A DNA stretch of 63,001 nt, filler included, from Mustelus asterias (Eukaryota): assembly GCF_964213995.1 (NCBI RefSeq). It is 4 parts of 4 records of this genome, joined end to end, with 100 filler letters (N's around TTAATTAATTAA, not from the genome) between each part and the next. Parts side by side here need not be neighbours in the genome. Positions count along the whole stretch, not along the records: positions 43,167 to 63,001 come from NW_027594010.1; 3 more parts are not named here. One strand, given 5' to 3'. Of this stretch, positions 49,804 to 63,001 are shown one piece after another (position 1 is the first letter of the stretch; the number at the start of each line of letters is the position of its first letter). The translations under genes were made by a program, and so were the position numbers. The notes beneath the pieces were generated by a model. It did not search any database, was not told the DNA's origin, and was given only the letters and a program-made list of their open reading frames with translations.

Positions 49804-51099
49804 GTGATAAGGGGGAGAGTTAACAGAAAGCAGCTGGTGAGAATATACTGGCCGGTTTTAATTTAATCCAAATTAATGAATTAGAAACTTTTAACCTAAG
49901 GAATTGACATCCGAGGATTTCAGTTTAAAATCCCATTGAACCTCCGTGTCTCATAATGGGATGTTTTTGTCTGTATTTAGTAATTAGTGACTTCATATCT
50001 CACAGCGAGATAAATAAAACTTTTTTCCAATTGATAGGGACAGCTCAATGGACAAAACTGGTGTGAGAAAGGGGCAAATCCTTTGAAAATGGAGGCAGAG
50101 AGGAGGCTTTGTTTAACTCCCATTCTTTCCCTGTCTTCAGCAGGCTGGGCAGGAAGTGTGAGCAGAGAGGGGGGGGATAGACAGACACACACTGACACAA
50201 TCCCCCCAATCCACTCACTCACACATCCCCATTCCCCCTCCACTCGCTGGGTTGTGGGGAGCGGCTGCAAGGATTTTCAGGGCTGCTGTGGGGGGGTCAG
50301 GGGGTTTTTGAAATGGACGAACACGACCTACAGGGGAAAAGAAATAAAGTTTGAAACTAAACTAAAGAAACTAAAGGCAGGAGATTGCAGAATCCATTGC
50401 CTCCCTGCATTAACATATCAAGAGTCAGTCTGACATTGCCACAAACTCCTCTGGGGTGAGAGGGGGAGGGGGGGTGAATTAGCATCTCAATAGAGAGACA
50501 GACATTGCAGACATGTCAGAGACTCAGGGTGGGGTTTGCATCCAGCACACTCAGGATAAATGTGAATCTGAGAGCCTTCAGTCTCCACACCAATAATCCC
50601 CCTGCACTGAAAACATTCCCACTCTGATTCAGTGCGTGTGTGTGTGTCTCAATCTGCGTTTTTACCTGTGCTTTGCTTGTGTGGACATGATGCTGAATGG
50701 ACTTGAATGGAAATGCTGGACTCCTCGCTGTGATATGTTGTGTGTCTTATTGTTAAAATGGCCTTGTCTCTTTTTCTCTCTCTTTTTAACCAATTTTTAT
50801 CTCTTTTTCTCCTGAGGAATTTTGAAAACTGGGGATGTGTCGAGGATCCAAAGGACGGGAATGTTTGTGACCAGGATGAGGGAGAGGAGCTTCTTCCAGA
50901 GGGAGGGCTGACTGAGGCCTGTTGCTCAGGCTTCATCCCGAGTGAGTTGTGTCTGTTTATTAACCTGATCCAGATTTAATGTTTCATATCGGAGGGAGCG
51001 AGATCTGAATGAGAGTGGAATAGAGAGAGAGAGAGAGAAACACACAGGGAGGGAACTGTCTCAATCTCTTTAGTCTCTGCTTTACAACTGACTTGTTGT

Positions 51100-53620
51100 G
51101 TTTGGGTGTTACTGAGAGATTGTGTCACTGAGAGGAGATCCTGGGTTTTTTGCTGTGCTATTTAATTTAAATATTTTCTTGTATTTTAATTATTTTCTCT
51201 CTCTTTCCCCAAGAATTAATATTTAGATTTTACTGAGAGATTGTGTAACTGAGAAGGGGGAATCCTGGGCTCTTGTGCTATTTAATTTAAAGAATTCTTG
51301 TATTTTAATTAATTATTTTCTCTTCTCCCCAGGAATTTGAATTTTGAAGACTGCAATGGGACTCGGAATCCTTGGACAAGGGGCTTTTCTCCAGAGGAGG
51401 ATGGATGGACTGCAGCCTGTTCTATAGGCCGCATGTGAGTTGTCTCTTTGTTACCCTGATCCAGGTTTAATTTTAATCTCGCTTCCTCGGATGAACCAGT
51501 CCTGGTTCGATTGTGGGGTGGGGGGGTGGAGTTTGAAACCCTGGGGTTAAAATATCCCGGCTTTGCAGTTAGTCAGAAACAGGTTAACCCTTTGCTGGGT
51601 GGCAAAGAGTAAATTAAATATCTGTAATATGAAGCAGTCTGAAAGTTAGTTTTAAATCCAAGATAACAGGGGATGGGAGACAGAGCGCTGTTCCTAATTG
51701 TTGAATAAAATTCATAGAGGCCTTTACAATTCAGTTTTCAGATGTTCAGACTTTCATTGTGTCCTCTCTGCAGCTTTTCCGCCATTCTGTCTATTTCTCT
51801 CCGCTTTCTCTCTTTCTCTCCCTTTCCTTCCTCTATCTGTCTCTCTTTTCTATTCCCTCTCTCTCCCTCTTTTTCCCAGGAAGTCATATTTTGTTGGACA
51901 ATCTGTCAGTAAAATCTGAGAAGGGGGAATCTTGGGCTCTTGTGCTATTTAATTTAAACATTTTCTGGTATTTTAATATATTTCTCTCTCTTTTACCCAA
52001 GAATTAATATTTAGCTTTTACTGAGAGATTGTGTAACTGAGAAAGGGGAATCCTGGGCTCTTGTGCTATTTAATTTCAACATTTTCTTGTATTTAAATTA
52101 ATTATATTCTATCTCTTCCCAAGGAATTCATATTTAGTTAAACAATCTCTCAGTGAAATCTTAGAAGGGGGAATCCTGGGCTCTTGTGCTATTTAATTTA
52201 AACATTTTCTTGTACCTTAATTAATTATTTTCTCTTCTCCCCAGGAATTTGAATTTTGAAGACTGCAACATGACTCGGAATCCTTGGACAAGGGGCTTTT
52301 CTCCAGAGGAGGATGGATGGACTGAGGCCTGTTCTATCGGCCGCATGTGAGTTGTCGTCTCTTTATTACCCTGATCCAGGTTTAATTTTAATCTCGCTTC
52401 CTCGGATGAACCAGTCCTGGTTCGATTGTGGGGTGGGGGGGCTGGAGTTTGAAACCCTGGGGTTAAAATATCCCGGCTTTGCAATTAGTTACAAACAGGT
52501 TAACCCTTTGGTGGGTGGCAAAGAGTAAATTAAATGTCTGTAATATGAAACTGTCTCAATTTGTTTTAAATCCAAGGTAACAGGGATGGGAGACAGAGCG
52601 CTGTTCCTAATTGTTGAATAAAATTCACAGAGGCCTTTACAATTCAGTTTTCAGAAGTTCAGAATTTCATTTCGTCCTCTCTGCAGCTTTTCCCCCATTC
52701 TCTCTATTTCCTCTCTGTTTTCTTTCTCTCCATCCCTTTCCTTCCTCTATCTGTCTCTTTTTTTTATTCCCTCTCTCTCTCCCTCTTTTTCCCAGGAAAT
52801 AATATTATGTTGGACAATCTCTCAGTAAAATCTGAGAAGGGGTAATCCTGGGGCTCTTGTGCTATTTAATTTAAACATTTTCTGGTATTTTAATATATTT
52901 CTCTCTCTTTTACCCAAGAACTAATATATAGATTTTACTGAGAGATTGTGTAACTGAGAAAGGGGAATCCTGGGCTCTTGTGCTATTTAATTTCAACATT
53001 TTCTTGTATTTAAATTAATTATATTCTATCTCTTCCCAAGGAATTCATATTTAGTTAAACAATCTCTCAGTGAAATCTTAGAAGGGGGAATCCTGGGCTC
53101 TTGTGCTATTTAATTTAAACATTTTCTTGTACCTTAATTCATTATTTTCTCTTCTCCCCAGGAATTTGAATTTTGAAGACTGCAATGGGACTGAGAATCC
53201 TTGGACAAGGGGCTTTTCTCCAGAGGAGGATGGATGGACTGAGGCCTGTTCTATAGGCCGCATGTGAGTTGTCGTCTCTTTATTACCCTGATCCAGGTTT
53301 AATTTTAATCTCGCTTCCTCGGATGAACCAGTTCTGGTTCGATTGTGGGGTGTGGGGGGGTGGAGTTTGAAACCCTGTGGTTAAAATATCCTGGCATTGC
53401 AGTTAGTCGCAAACACGTTAACCCTTTGCTGGGTGGCAAAGAGTAAATTAAATATCTGTAATATGAAACTGTCTAAAAGTTTGATGCAAATCCAAAATAA
53501 CAGGGGTGGGAGAGAGTGATTTACCCGAATGTTAAATAAGATTCACAGAGGACATTACAATTCAATTTTCTGAAGTTCAGCCTTTACATTTATCTTCCCC
53601 TCTGCAGCTTTCTTCCCCAT
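51100..53620. repeat. ~915-bp tandem segmental repeat (3 copies) with ~110-130-bp sub-repeats
   Basis: Homologous positions at 51333, 52245 and 53162; recurring actgagaaggggaatcctgggctcttgtgctatttaattt-type motif. Confidence 0.9.
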
Positions 53621-53699
53621 TCTATTTCTCTCTGTCTCTCTCTCCAGTATTTTTCCCCTATCTTCAGCTTTCTCTCCCTTCCTGTTTCTTTCCATTCAT

Positions 53700-54070
53700 C
53701 TCTCCCTCTCGAGCATTCTTCCATATCTGTCCATCACTCACCAGAATGTCTCTCTCTCCCTCTCGAGCATTCTTCCATATCTGTCCATCACTCACCAGAA
53801 TGTCTCTCTCTCCCTCTCGAGCATTCTTCCATATCTGTCCATCACTCACCAGAATGTCTCTCTCTCCCTCTCGAGCATTCTTCCATATCTGTCCATCACT
53901 CACCAGAATGTCTCTCTCTCCCTCTCGAGCATTCTTCCATATCTGTCTATCACTCTCCAGAATGTCTCTCTCTCGAGCGTTCTTCCATATCTGTCCATCA
54001 CTCTCCAGAATGTCTCTCTCTCGAGCATTCTTCCATATCTGTCTATCACTCTCCAGAATGTCGCTCTCTC
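53700..54070. repeat. 54/48-bp tandem repeat (~7 copies)
   Basis: (tctcgagcattcttccatatctgtccatcactcaccagaatgtctctctctccc)n. Confidence 0.92.
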
Positions 54071-57000
54071 TCTCTGGCTCCATCTTCCTTTGTGTCTCTT
54101 TAAACCTTTAATCAACAAAAACTGTGTTATTGTAAACAGGGAGACAGGAATATGGCATCGCTCATTTCAATGCAGAGTACATGAGAGAGAGGGAAAGAAA
54201 CAGCTGTGGACAGAGACAACGAGTGAGAAAGAAAGGGGACAGGGACAAGGATCTAGACAGGAACATCCATCTTTACACTGAGTGAGAGAGACAGGAGCAG
54301 AGGGAGAAAAGAGAGGGAGATAGTGAAAGGGAGATGGAGGGAGTTGTAGAAACCAATCCCGGGAGGGCGATTTTAAAAAGTGTCCCGAAGGAATCAGCAG
54401 CCCCTTCCCAAACTGAAAGAGGGAGATGAGCAGCTCCTGGAGTCTGAGAGGGAGACAGGGATGGACTGGGGGGTTGTGGATATTTGAATTCAGTTTTAGG
54501 AGATTCTGTTTGTAGACTTCTCTCTCTCTGTTCATGCCATTCTGATGTTTCTGAGAGATTGTGTAACTGAGAAGGGGGAATCCTGCGTTTTGGGTGGGTG
54601 TCCTCCTGCAGTGTGGGACTCCCTGTGGGATCCTGATTGCAGCATTCCCAGTCTCTCTCCCTCTCACTGTGAAGCACTCGGGAGGGAGAGGGAGCTGAAA
54701 TTCAAATTCCTGAGCCTGGGGGAAAGACTTGTTCTCAATCCCAGAGTCCTGCTTGTGTTTTTAGACAGGGCGCTGGGATCTGTGGGTGTGGCTTTCTAAA
54801 GACACAACGCTGGATGGTTCGTTTTGGTTTTCTCAGCATTTCTTTTCAATATTTACATTTGTCAAACACCACATCTTTAACCTTATATATGCAGCTTCAT
54901 GACCATATTACAGAGAGACAGAGAGAAAGAGACAGAGAGGGGGGGAGAGAGAGAAAGGGAGAGAGAGACAGAGTGGGGAGAGTGAGGGAGAGCAGGAAAG
55001 GGCAGCAAGAGGTGAGGTTTGTGGGGGGTGCAGTGAGGGGGTGGGGGAAGAGACACAGGATCTGGGGGTCTCTCGTGTGGAGGGAGAGAGAGGGAGACGT
55101 GTGGTTCCCTCATTTCCCACTCACTTTACCCCAATCCTCATTTAAAAATCACTTTGTATCTGGCCCTGCTCAGACGGTGTGTGTGGGATCTTGCTGTGCC
55201 CTCATGCTCTGTCCCCCCTCCTCATATTTCCCGCACCGTGACAGCGCCCCACATTTTAAACATAAAAAGATGGAGGGGAAGGAGGGTGGGGTAGAGAGAG
55301 GAACAGAGAAGGGGTGGGGAGTGTGGGGGGGCTCAGTGGAGGGGGGTGTAGCGGGATAGAGACAGAGGCTCTGGGGGTGGGGGGTGTCCTCCTGCAGTGT
55401 GGGACTCCCTGTGGGATCCTGATTGCAGCATTCCCAGTCNNNNNNNNNNNNNNNNNNNNNNNNNNNNNNNNNNNNNNNNNNNNNNNNNNNNNNNNNNNNN
55501 NNNNNNNNNNNNNNNNNNNNNNNNNNNNNNNNNNNNNNNNNNNNNNNNNNNNNNNNNNNNNNNNNNNNNNNNNNNNNNNNNNNNNNNNNNNNNNNNNNNN
55601 NNNNNNNNNNNNNAGAAACAGTGTGAGGGAGAGAGAGAGAAAGACAGAGAAAGATGGAGGGAGTGGGAGAGAGAGAGAGAAAGATGGACGGAGAGAGAGA
55701 AAGGCAGACAGGGAGTGAGAGAGAAAGATGGAGGGAGTGGGAGAGTGAGGGGGAAAACAGGAAAAGAAAGCAAGAGGTGAGGTTTGTGGGGGTGCAGTGA
55801 GGGGGTGGGGGAAGAGACACAGGATCACAGTGACCCGAGCCGGGAATTGAACCCGGGTCCCTGGAGCTGTGAGGCAGCAGCGCCAACCACTGTGCCCCCG
55901 TGTGGCCCTCCACGTTATGATTCAATTCTGAGGGTCCCGGGGCGAGGGGGGGGGGGTGGATTTCACTGCCTCAGCCCCTCTCTGCCTCACTCTCCCTCTG
56001 TATAAACATTTCCCAAATTAAAACACACTCAACACAGCGAACTGCACCTTCTGGGATCTTCCAGAGCACCACAGAGATTGTGTTTTAAAAAGGGTTTGGC
56101 TTCGTTTTAAGAGGGAGTTCAACCCTTTCTGAAAATTTGGGATGAGACACACACAGACAGATACACACACAGGCGCACGCACACACACAGACACACACAC
56201 ACACAGGGTAGTGAGTGGGGAAGGGGGCTCACAGCAGGCGAGAGTGTTGGGTGTGTGTTGGGGAGGACTGTGTCCCAACTGATTCAGGTTCACATTGTTG
56301 CTGCTGCTGTTGTGGGATCTTGCTGTGCACACACAGGGCCTGTGGCCTTTGCTCGCACTGCAACAGCGACCACACTTTATTAAACAAAATCTCGCTCACG
56401 GACCGCAAAGTGGGTTCAAAGGAAAGAAAGTGGAAACGGGGTCGGGTAAATTAAAGCACTTAAATCACCGAGGCATCGTAGGCTGTGCAGCAAGTGCTGG
56501 GGAATGGGGGGAGTATAGATTGGGATTTGACGGCCAGCATAGACCTGGTGGGCCGAAGGGCCTGTTTCTGTGCTCTGTGACTCCAGATTCTCCTCTCTCT
56601 TTTCCCAGGAATTTCTATTTGGATGGGGGGTTCATAATTTCCCTGTCTCTGTCTCTCCAGCGTTCTTCCCAATCTCTGCACCCCTCCCCTCTCTCTCTCC
56701 CCAGACATTCCTGTCTATATTTCACCTTTCAATCAAATGTGAAGGAAAACACCAATGTTAATTTTTTTGATTTAATTTCAGGGAGGGAAAGACAGAGAGA
56801 GAGAAAGAGAGAGACAGGGAGGGAGGGAAAGACAGACAGAGACAAAGACAGGGAGGGGGGGAAGGAGAGAAAGACAGAGAGAGAGAGAGAAAAAGGCAGC
56901 CGAATAAAACCTGCAGCAGCCGCTTTAATCCATCGGATTGGGGATGTGATTGTGGGTTTTCCTGCTGTATCTCTCTCTCCCATCTTTCTCCTTTGATTGT

Positions 57001-60000
57001 GAGTTATCAGGGAGGGAGAGAGAAAGGGAGGGTAACAGAGGGAGATCAAAGGCAGAGGGGCAGGGAGAGGAGACACACTGGAGGGGCGGGGTGGGTTCGG
57101 GGGGGGGTCCTCTGCTCTGCACTCACAGCCCAGCTCCCCAGTCTCTGGGGAAAAGACCCTCACTCACACCCTCCCAGAAGGTGGGATTTGTAACCAGCGG
57201 CTGTGTGACTGAGGCTGAATCTGTGCTGTTGTGTTTGAAAAGATTTTTTCCCAATATAAAGATATTGGAATCTGGCTGCTGCCACATTGCAGTGAGAGAG
57301 AGATGTGGCTTTGCAGGAGGAGCTTCCCTCCCCATTTCCCCATGGAAATCACTGAGAAATAGCAAACGTGGCCCACAACACGTCATTATTTGAAACGGTC
57401 AGACAGAAACTTATCAGAGAGAGCATTTTAATCCCCATTCATCCCCAGACGGGGAAACAGAGCAGAGATCAGGACAGATTATCCAGAGTAGGAGAGACCG
57501 GGGCAGAGATGGGGTTTGGATATATATATATATAGATCTGGGGGGAAAGCAAAAGAGACACAGAGGGGGCTGGACAGGTTCAGAGATAGAGGCAGAGAAA
57601 CAGGCAGAGAGAAAGAAACAGCGAGAGACAGAGGGAATGGGAGAGGTGTGACTGTGCTCGAAGTGGAAGGTTCCCTGTTCATATCGAATGTACAAGCAGC
57701 CCCAATCCTGGAGTGACTTGTCATTATTTTTATTTGGGGTGGGGGAAGAGATGGAGGGGGGGAGCAAGGGAGAGAGAGGGAGAAGTGTGGTTCCCTCATT
57801 GCCCACTCACTTTAGCCCAATCCTCACTTAAAAATCACTTTGTATCTGGCCCTGCTCAGACTGTGTGTGGGATCTTGCTGTGCCCTCCTCCCCGCCCCAT
57901 ATTCCCTGCACTGTGACAGCGCCCCACACTTTAAACATGAAAAGATGGAGAGGAAGGAGGGTGGAGTAGAGAGAGGGGAACAGAGAATGGGTGGGGAGTG
58001 TGGGGGGGGGCTCAGTGGAGGGGGATAGAGACAGAGTCTCTGGGGGTGGGGGGTGTCCTCCTGCAGTGTGGGACTCCCTGTGGGATCCTGATTGCAGCAT
58101 TCCCAGTCTCTCTCTCTCTCTCACTGTGAAGCACTCGGGAGGGAGAGGGAGCTGAAATTCAAATTCCTGAGCCTGGGGGGAAAGGCTTGTTCTCAATCCC
58201 AGAGTCCTGCTTGTGTTTTTAGACAGGGCGCTGGGATTTGTGGGTGTGGATGGAGAAGATTGTTCTGTTTAACTGGGGGGTGGGAGAGAGGGGGGTTTGT
58301 TCTTTCTACCTGAGGAATAATGCAGCCTCTGTGACTAGGCCTCACTTCACGGCCTAAATCTCAGCAGCACTTTTGCATTCGCTTAATTCCCCAACAGGGT
58401 TTAAGTGGCTGAATTCAATGGTTCAATAAAATGTGAAGCAGCCGCTTCAGGGTGGGATTGTGGATTTTCCTGCTCCCGCCCCCTTCTCATTTCCCTTTTG
58501 ATTGTGAGTTTTATTTTAAACGGTCAGACAGAAACTTAGAGAGAGCATTTCAATCCAGATTCGCCTCGAGATAGAGAAACAGAGCAGAGATCAGGACAGG
58601 TTATCCAGAGACAGGAGCAGAGACGGGGTATTGGACAGATAGAGATCTGGGGGGAAGTGTGTAAGAGACGGAGAGGGAGAAACAGAGTGAGGGGAGAGAG
58701 GTGACTGATAGAAGTGGGAACTTCATTGGGGCCTCCTGTGTTTATTCACTGGCCTGTCTCTGGAGTAAAGCCCCCAGAATGCTTTGATGTGTTTAATAAA
58801 TTCAATATCGGGACAGTCAGGAGGCAGTTGGAAGTTCATTGCATTTGAAACGTGTTCCCATTTTGTCAGGGTTTAATAATGAGGAGGTGAAAATGAATGT
58901 TTCCCCCACCTCCCCCAGTGAGATTGTGAATTTCAGCAAGTCCTGGGATCTTGCTGTGCCTTTTATTGTTTTTAAATCAGCTTTTGTTTTGTGTTTAATC
59001 AAATTTCACTTTATTTTCTCTTTCTCTCTTCCAAGGAGAATTCCTTTGGAAACTTTGGCGATGCAGAGAGCGAATAGTTTTGCCATGAGGAATCCTCGGA
59101 CAAGAGCTATAACCAGAGAGAAAAATATTAATAAAAGTCCCCGTGTCTTGGTCGTTCATTTTTATTCACAGATAGACTGGTGGGGCTTTTACACGGAGGG
59201 TTAGTGGTCTGTGTGTCAGGGGGAGGGGGTATTCCCAGTGATCCCTGCTCCAATGTAATCCCACAGATTTCAATCCCTCTCCCTGAAGCTCTGTCTGTGC
59301 AACTCCCCCATCCTCAGAACTGTTTCTCCACATCTTTCCAATCCCGGTCTCTCCCCATCCTTTATACCTCAGCCTCTCACAATGGCAGCATCTTTCCCTT
59401 TTTCTCTCCTTCTCTCTATCTTTCACTCTCTCTGAAACTTTGTCACTCTGTCTTGCCAAAGCCCCACTTTCTATTTATCTCGACATCTCACTTTGTATCT
59501 CAGCCTCTCTGGACATCTCTCTCTCTGTGGATCATTTTATCTCAATCACAGCAGCCTCCTCTCCGTCTCTCTCTCTATCTCTCTGCTCCCCCCTCTGTCT
59601 ATCTCTGCTCCCTCTCTGTGACTCATTCTGTCTGAAGTACAGCAGCATTCTCTCTCACTCCCCATCTCTATATCTTTTCACAATAACTTCATTGCAGTGT
59701 TAATGTAAGCCTACTTGTGATTAACAAATAAAATTTTAACTTTAACTCTGCTTTTATTTGTCTCTTATCTCTCTCTATCGCTTCCCTCTCTCTATCTGCT
59801 TCCCCCTCTCTCTGATCTCTGCTTCCTTCTCTGTGAATCAGTCTGAATTACAGTCGCATCCTCCCCATCTCCATCTCTCTGATCTCTGCTTCCCCCTCTC
59901 TGTGAATCATTCTGTCTGAATTACAGCAGCATTCTCTCTATCTCCATCTCTATATCTCTCTGCTTCTCTGTCTCTTATCTCTCTCTCTCTCTCGTGGGGG

Positions 60001-61579
60001 ACGGGCCAGATCACGGGTTTGCTGTTCACAAGCAGCAAGGGCCCAGGAACGCAGAGGGAGGGAATCGGGGGCAATTCAGAGGGATTCAGCACTGCTGAAA
60101 GGGGGGAGTGTGTAATACAGGGGTTTGTTCAGAGCCGGGGCTATTAGACAGAGAGGGAAGGGGCCGGTGGGGGAGGCTGTTGTACAAGAGGGGGGAATAT
60201 TATAACACAGGCTGACCAGAGTCAGGGGTTATCAGAGAAAGGGGGCAATGGAGGAGGGGGGAGGGGGAATCAGACAGGGGGTCTGTTGTACAGGATGGGG
60301 GTGGGGGATGTTATAACACAGGCTGCTCAGTGTCAAGGGAATTAGTCATTTGAACGTTAATGTTTAAAATGGGCAGAGTTTCCACATCCAACTCCACCAG
60401 GAGCTGTTTACAGGGGGGTGGTGGACGGGGATGGACGCGCGGAGGGGGGGGGGGGGGTACTAATTAGAAAGGGGGGGATCTGTCAGTCCAGAGGCTGTTC
60501 ACAGGGAGGGAGTGGGAATTTGCCAGGTTGAGAGGGGCGGGGGGGGGGAAAGAGGGGAACTTAGAGGGATACGGGGCTCAGAGGGAAGGATCGGGAGATT
60601 TAGAGGGATTTGAGGAGGGATGACAGATTTGGCTGGAGTGGGGGGGGGATTGAGGGGGATTAAAGGGGGAGAGTGGAGAGGGATGTAGGGGTAGACTCAG
60701 GGATTGTGGTCGGGAATTAGAGGGATTCAGGGGGATTTAAGGGTCTCATGGGGACTTTGGGATTTAGCGGGGCTGAGAGGGAGGGAATCGGGGGGAATTG
60801 AGGGGGATTTGGGAAGAGGGGGCTCAGAGGGGGATTTCTGGGGTTCTGAGGGATACAGGAGGGATTGGGGGGTTTACGGGGATTAAAAGACATGGTTTGG
60901 TGCTCAGACAGATTGAAGGGGTGGGATTGGAGTGGGAGCAGGATTCGGGGGCAGAGGAATGTGGCGAGGGTGGGTGCGATCTCGGGAGACATTCAGGGGG
61001 GATTCCAGAGGAATCTCAGGGGCTTAGAATCTGGGGAGGGTCTGGATGGGGTAGGGAGTCAGAGGGAGTTAGCGGGGGGGCGAGTCGGGGTGGAGGGAAA
61101 GGGATTGAGGGCGGGGTGGATTTATAGGGATTTGGGAGGGGGGAAATTCAGAGAGGGATTTAGGGTGGGGCCTTGCATCAGGGTTAGAATTGGGGGGGTG
61201 TCGAGCGATTCGGAGTGGGGGGGGTGACTCAGAGGGATTCAGGGGTGGGGAGGACTGAGGAAGGATTGGGTGGCTTGATTTTGGCAGGGGGGGCAAAGGG
61301 AGCCTTTGGGGGGGGGGGGCTGAGGATTTGGGGCAGGAACTTGGAGGATTCAGGGGGCTGAGAGTCAGATTGGCAGTGGGTGTCAGAGAGATTGAGCAGG
61401 GGGAGGGGGTGCTTACAGAGTCGGATTAAAGCAGATCGGGCAGAGGGACAGGGAATCAGGTGGGGGAAAGGGGAGTTTTGGGGGGGAATTAGTGGAGATT
61501 GAGGTCAGCGGGTTGAGAAGGATTGGGAGTGGCTCAGAGGGCTATGGCGGTGAGTTCCTGAGAGAGAGTGATTGGGGGG

Positions 61580-63001
61580 GCAATTCGGGGGCGGGGCAAT
61601 TCGGGGGCGGGGCAATTCGGGGGCGGGCAGTCGGGGGCGGGCAGTCNNNNNNNNNNNNNNNNNNNNNNNNNNNNNNNNNNNNNNNNNNNNNNNNNNNNNN
61701 NNNNNNNNNNNNNNNNNNNNNNNNNNNNNNNNNNNNNNNNNNNNNNNNNNNNNNNNNNNNNNNNNNNNNNNNNNNNNNNNNNNNNNNNNNNNNNNNNNNN
61801 NNNNNNNNNNNNNNNNNNNNNNNNNNNNNNNNNNNNNNNNNNNNNNNNNNNNNNNNNNNNNNNNNNNNNNNNNNNNNNNNNNNNNNNNNNNNNNNNNNNN
61901 NNNNNNNNNNNNNNNNNNNNNNNNNNNNNNNNNNNNNNNGGGCAGTCGGGGGGGCGGGCAGTCGGGGGGGCGGGCAGTCGGGGGGCGGGCAGTCGGGGGG
62001 CGGGCAGTCGGGGGGCGGGCAGTCGGGGGGCGGGCAGTCGGGGGGCGGGCAGTCGGGGGGCGGGCAGTCGGGGGGTCGGGCAGTCGGGGGTCGGGCAGTC
62101 GGGGGTCGGGCAGTCGGGGGTCGGGCAGTCGGGGGTCGGGCAGTCGGGGGTCGGGCAGTCGGGGGTCGGGCAGTCGGGGGTCGGGCAGTCGGGGGTCGGG
62201 CAGTCGGGGGTCGGGCAGTCGGGGGTCGGGCAGTCGGGGGTCGGGCAGTCGGGGGTCGGGCAGTCGGGGGTCGGGCAGTCGGGGGTCGGGCAGTCGGGGG
62301 TCGGGCAGTCGGGGGTCGGGCAGTCGGGGGTCGGGCAGTCGGGGGTCGGGCAGTCGGGGGTCGGGCAGTCGGGGGTCGGGCAGTCGGGGGTCGGGCAGTC
62401 GGGGGTCGGGCAGTCGGGGGTCGGGCAGTCGGGGGTCGGGCAGTCGGGGGTCGGGCAGTCGGGGGTCGGGCAGTCGGGGGTCGGGCAGTCGGGGGTCGGG
62501 CAGTCGGGGGTCGGGCAGTCGGGGGTCGGGCAGTCGGGGGTCGGGCAGTCGGGGGTCGGGCAGTCGGGGGTCGGGCAGTCGGGGGTCGGGCAGTCGGGGG
62601 TCGGGCAGTCGGGGGTCGGGCAGTCGGGGGTCGGGCAGTCGGGGGTCGGGCAGTCGGGGGTCGGGCAGTCGGGGGTCGGGCAGTCGGGGGTCGGGCAGTC
62701 GGGGGTCGGGCAGTCGGGGGTCGGGCAGTCGGGGGTCGGGCAGTCGGGGGTCGGGCAGTCGGGGGTCGGGCAGTCGGGGGTCGGGCAGTCGGGGGTCGGG
62801 CAGTCGGGGGTCGGGCAGTCGGGGGTCGGGCAGTCGGGGGTCGGGCAGTCGGGGGTCGGGCAGTCGGGGGTCGGGCAGTCGGGGGTCGGGCAGTCGGGGG
62901 TCGGGCAGTCGGGGGTCGGGCAGTCGGGGGTCGGGCAGTCGGGGGTCGGGCAGTCGGGGGTCGGGCAGTCGGGGGTCGGGCAGTCGGGGGTCGGGCAGTC
63001 G
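61580..63001. repeat. GC-rich 14-15-bp tandem repeat (gggggtcgggcagtc)n
   Basis: Perfect array running to the window end, interrupted by an N gap. Confidence 0.95.

Overview
This window is cartilaginous fish (shark-type) genomic DNA. It is very repeat-rich (CR1 and Rex/Babar LINE fragments, tRNA-derived HE1/V-SINE-type elements, large minisatellites) and is stitched from several contigs by 100-nt N/TTAATTAATTAA linkers. Two immune modules lie on the minus strand in the same orientation. (1) The 3' half of a tapasin-type gene: an Ig C1 exon (25482-25808), a TM exon with the conserved intramembrane Lys (24658-24759), a cytoplasmic exon (19956-19993) and a terminal coding exon (19147-19201). Together they give a KxKxx ER-retrieval end (..VKEKRN*). 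(2) About 9 kb upstream, an IgM-type heavy-chain mini-locus: TATA, a leader exon, an intact VH that appears germline-joined to D and is followed by a 12-RSS, and a single JH preceded by a 23-RSS. No Ig constant exon was found downstream of JH, and no tapasin N-terminal or V-domain exons were found upstream. The JH donor (phase 1) is frame-compatible with the tapasin C1 acceptor (phase 1). The top hypothesis is therefore a RAG-rearranging Ig VDJ spliced onto tapasin C1-TM-KxKxx, or alternatively an IgH orphon inside an MHC tapasin intron. The main caveat is that an artificial scaffold join (25967-26066) separates the two modules. Repeat boundaries are approximate, read by eye.
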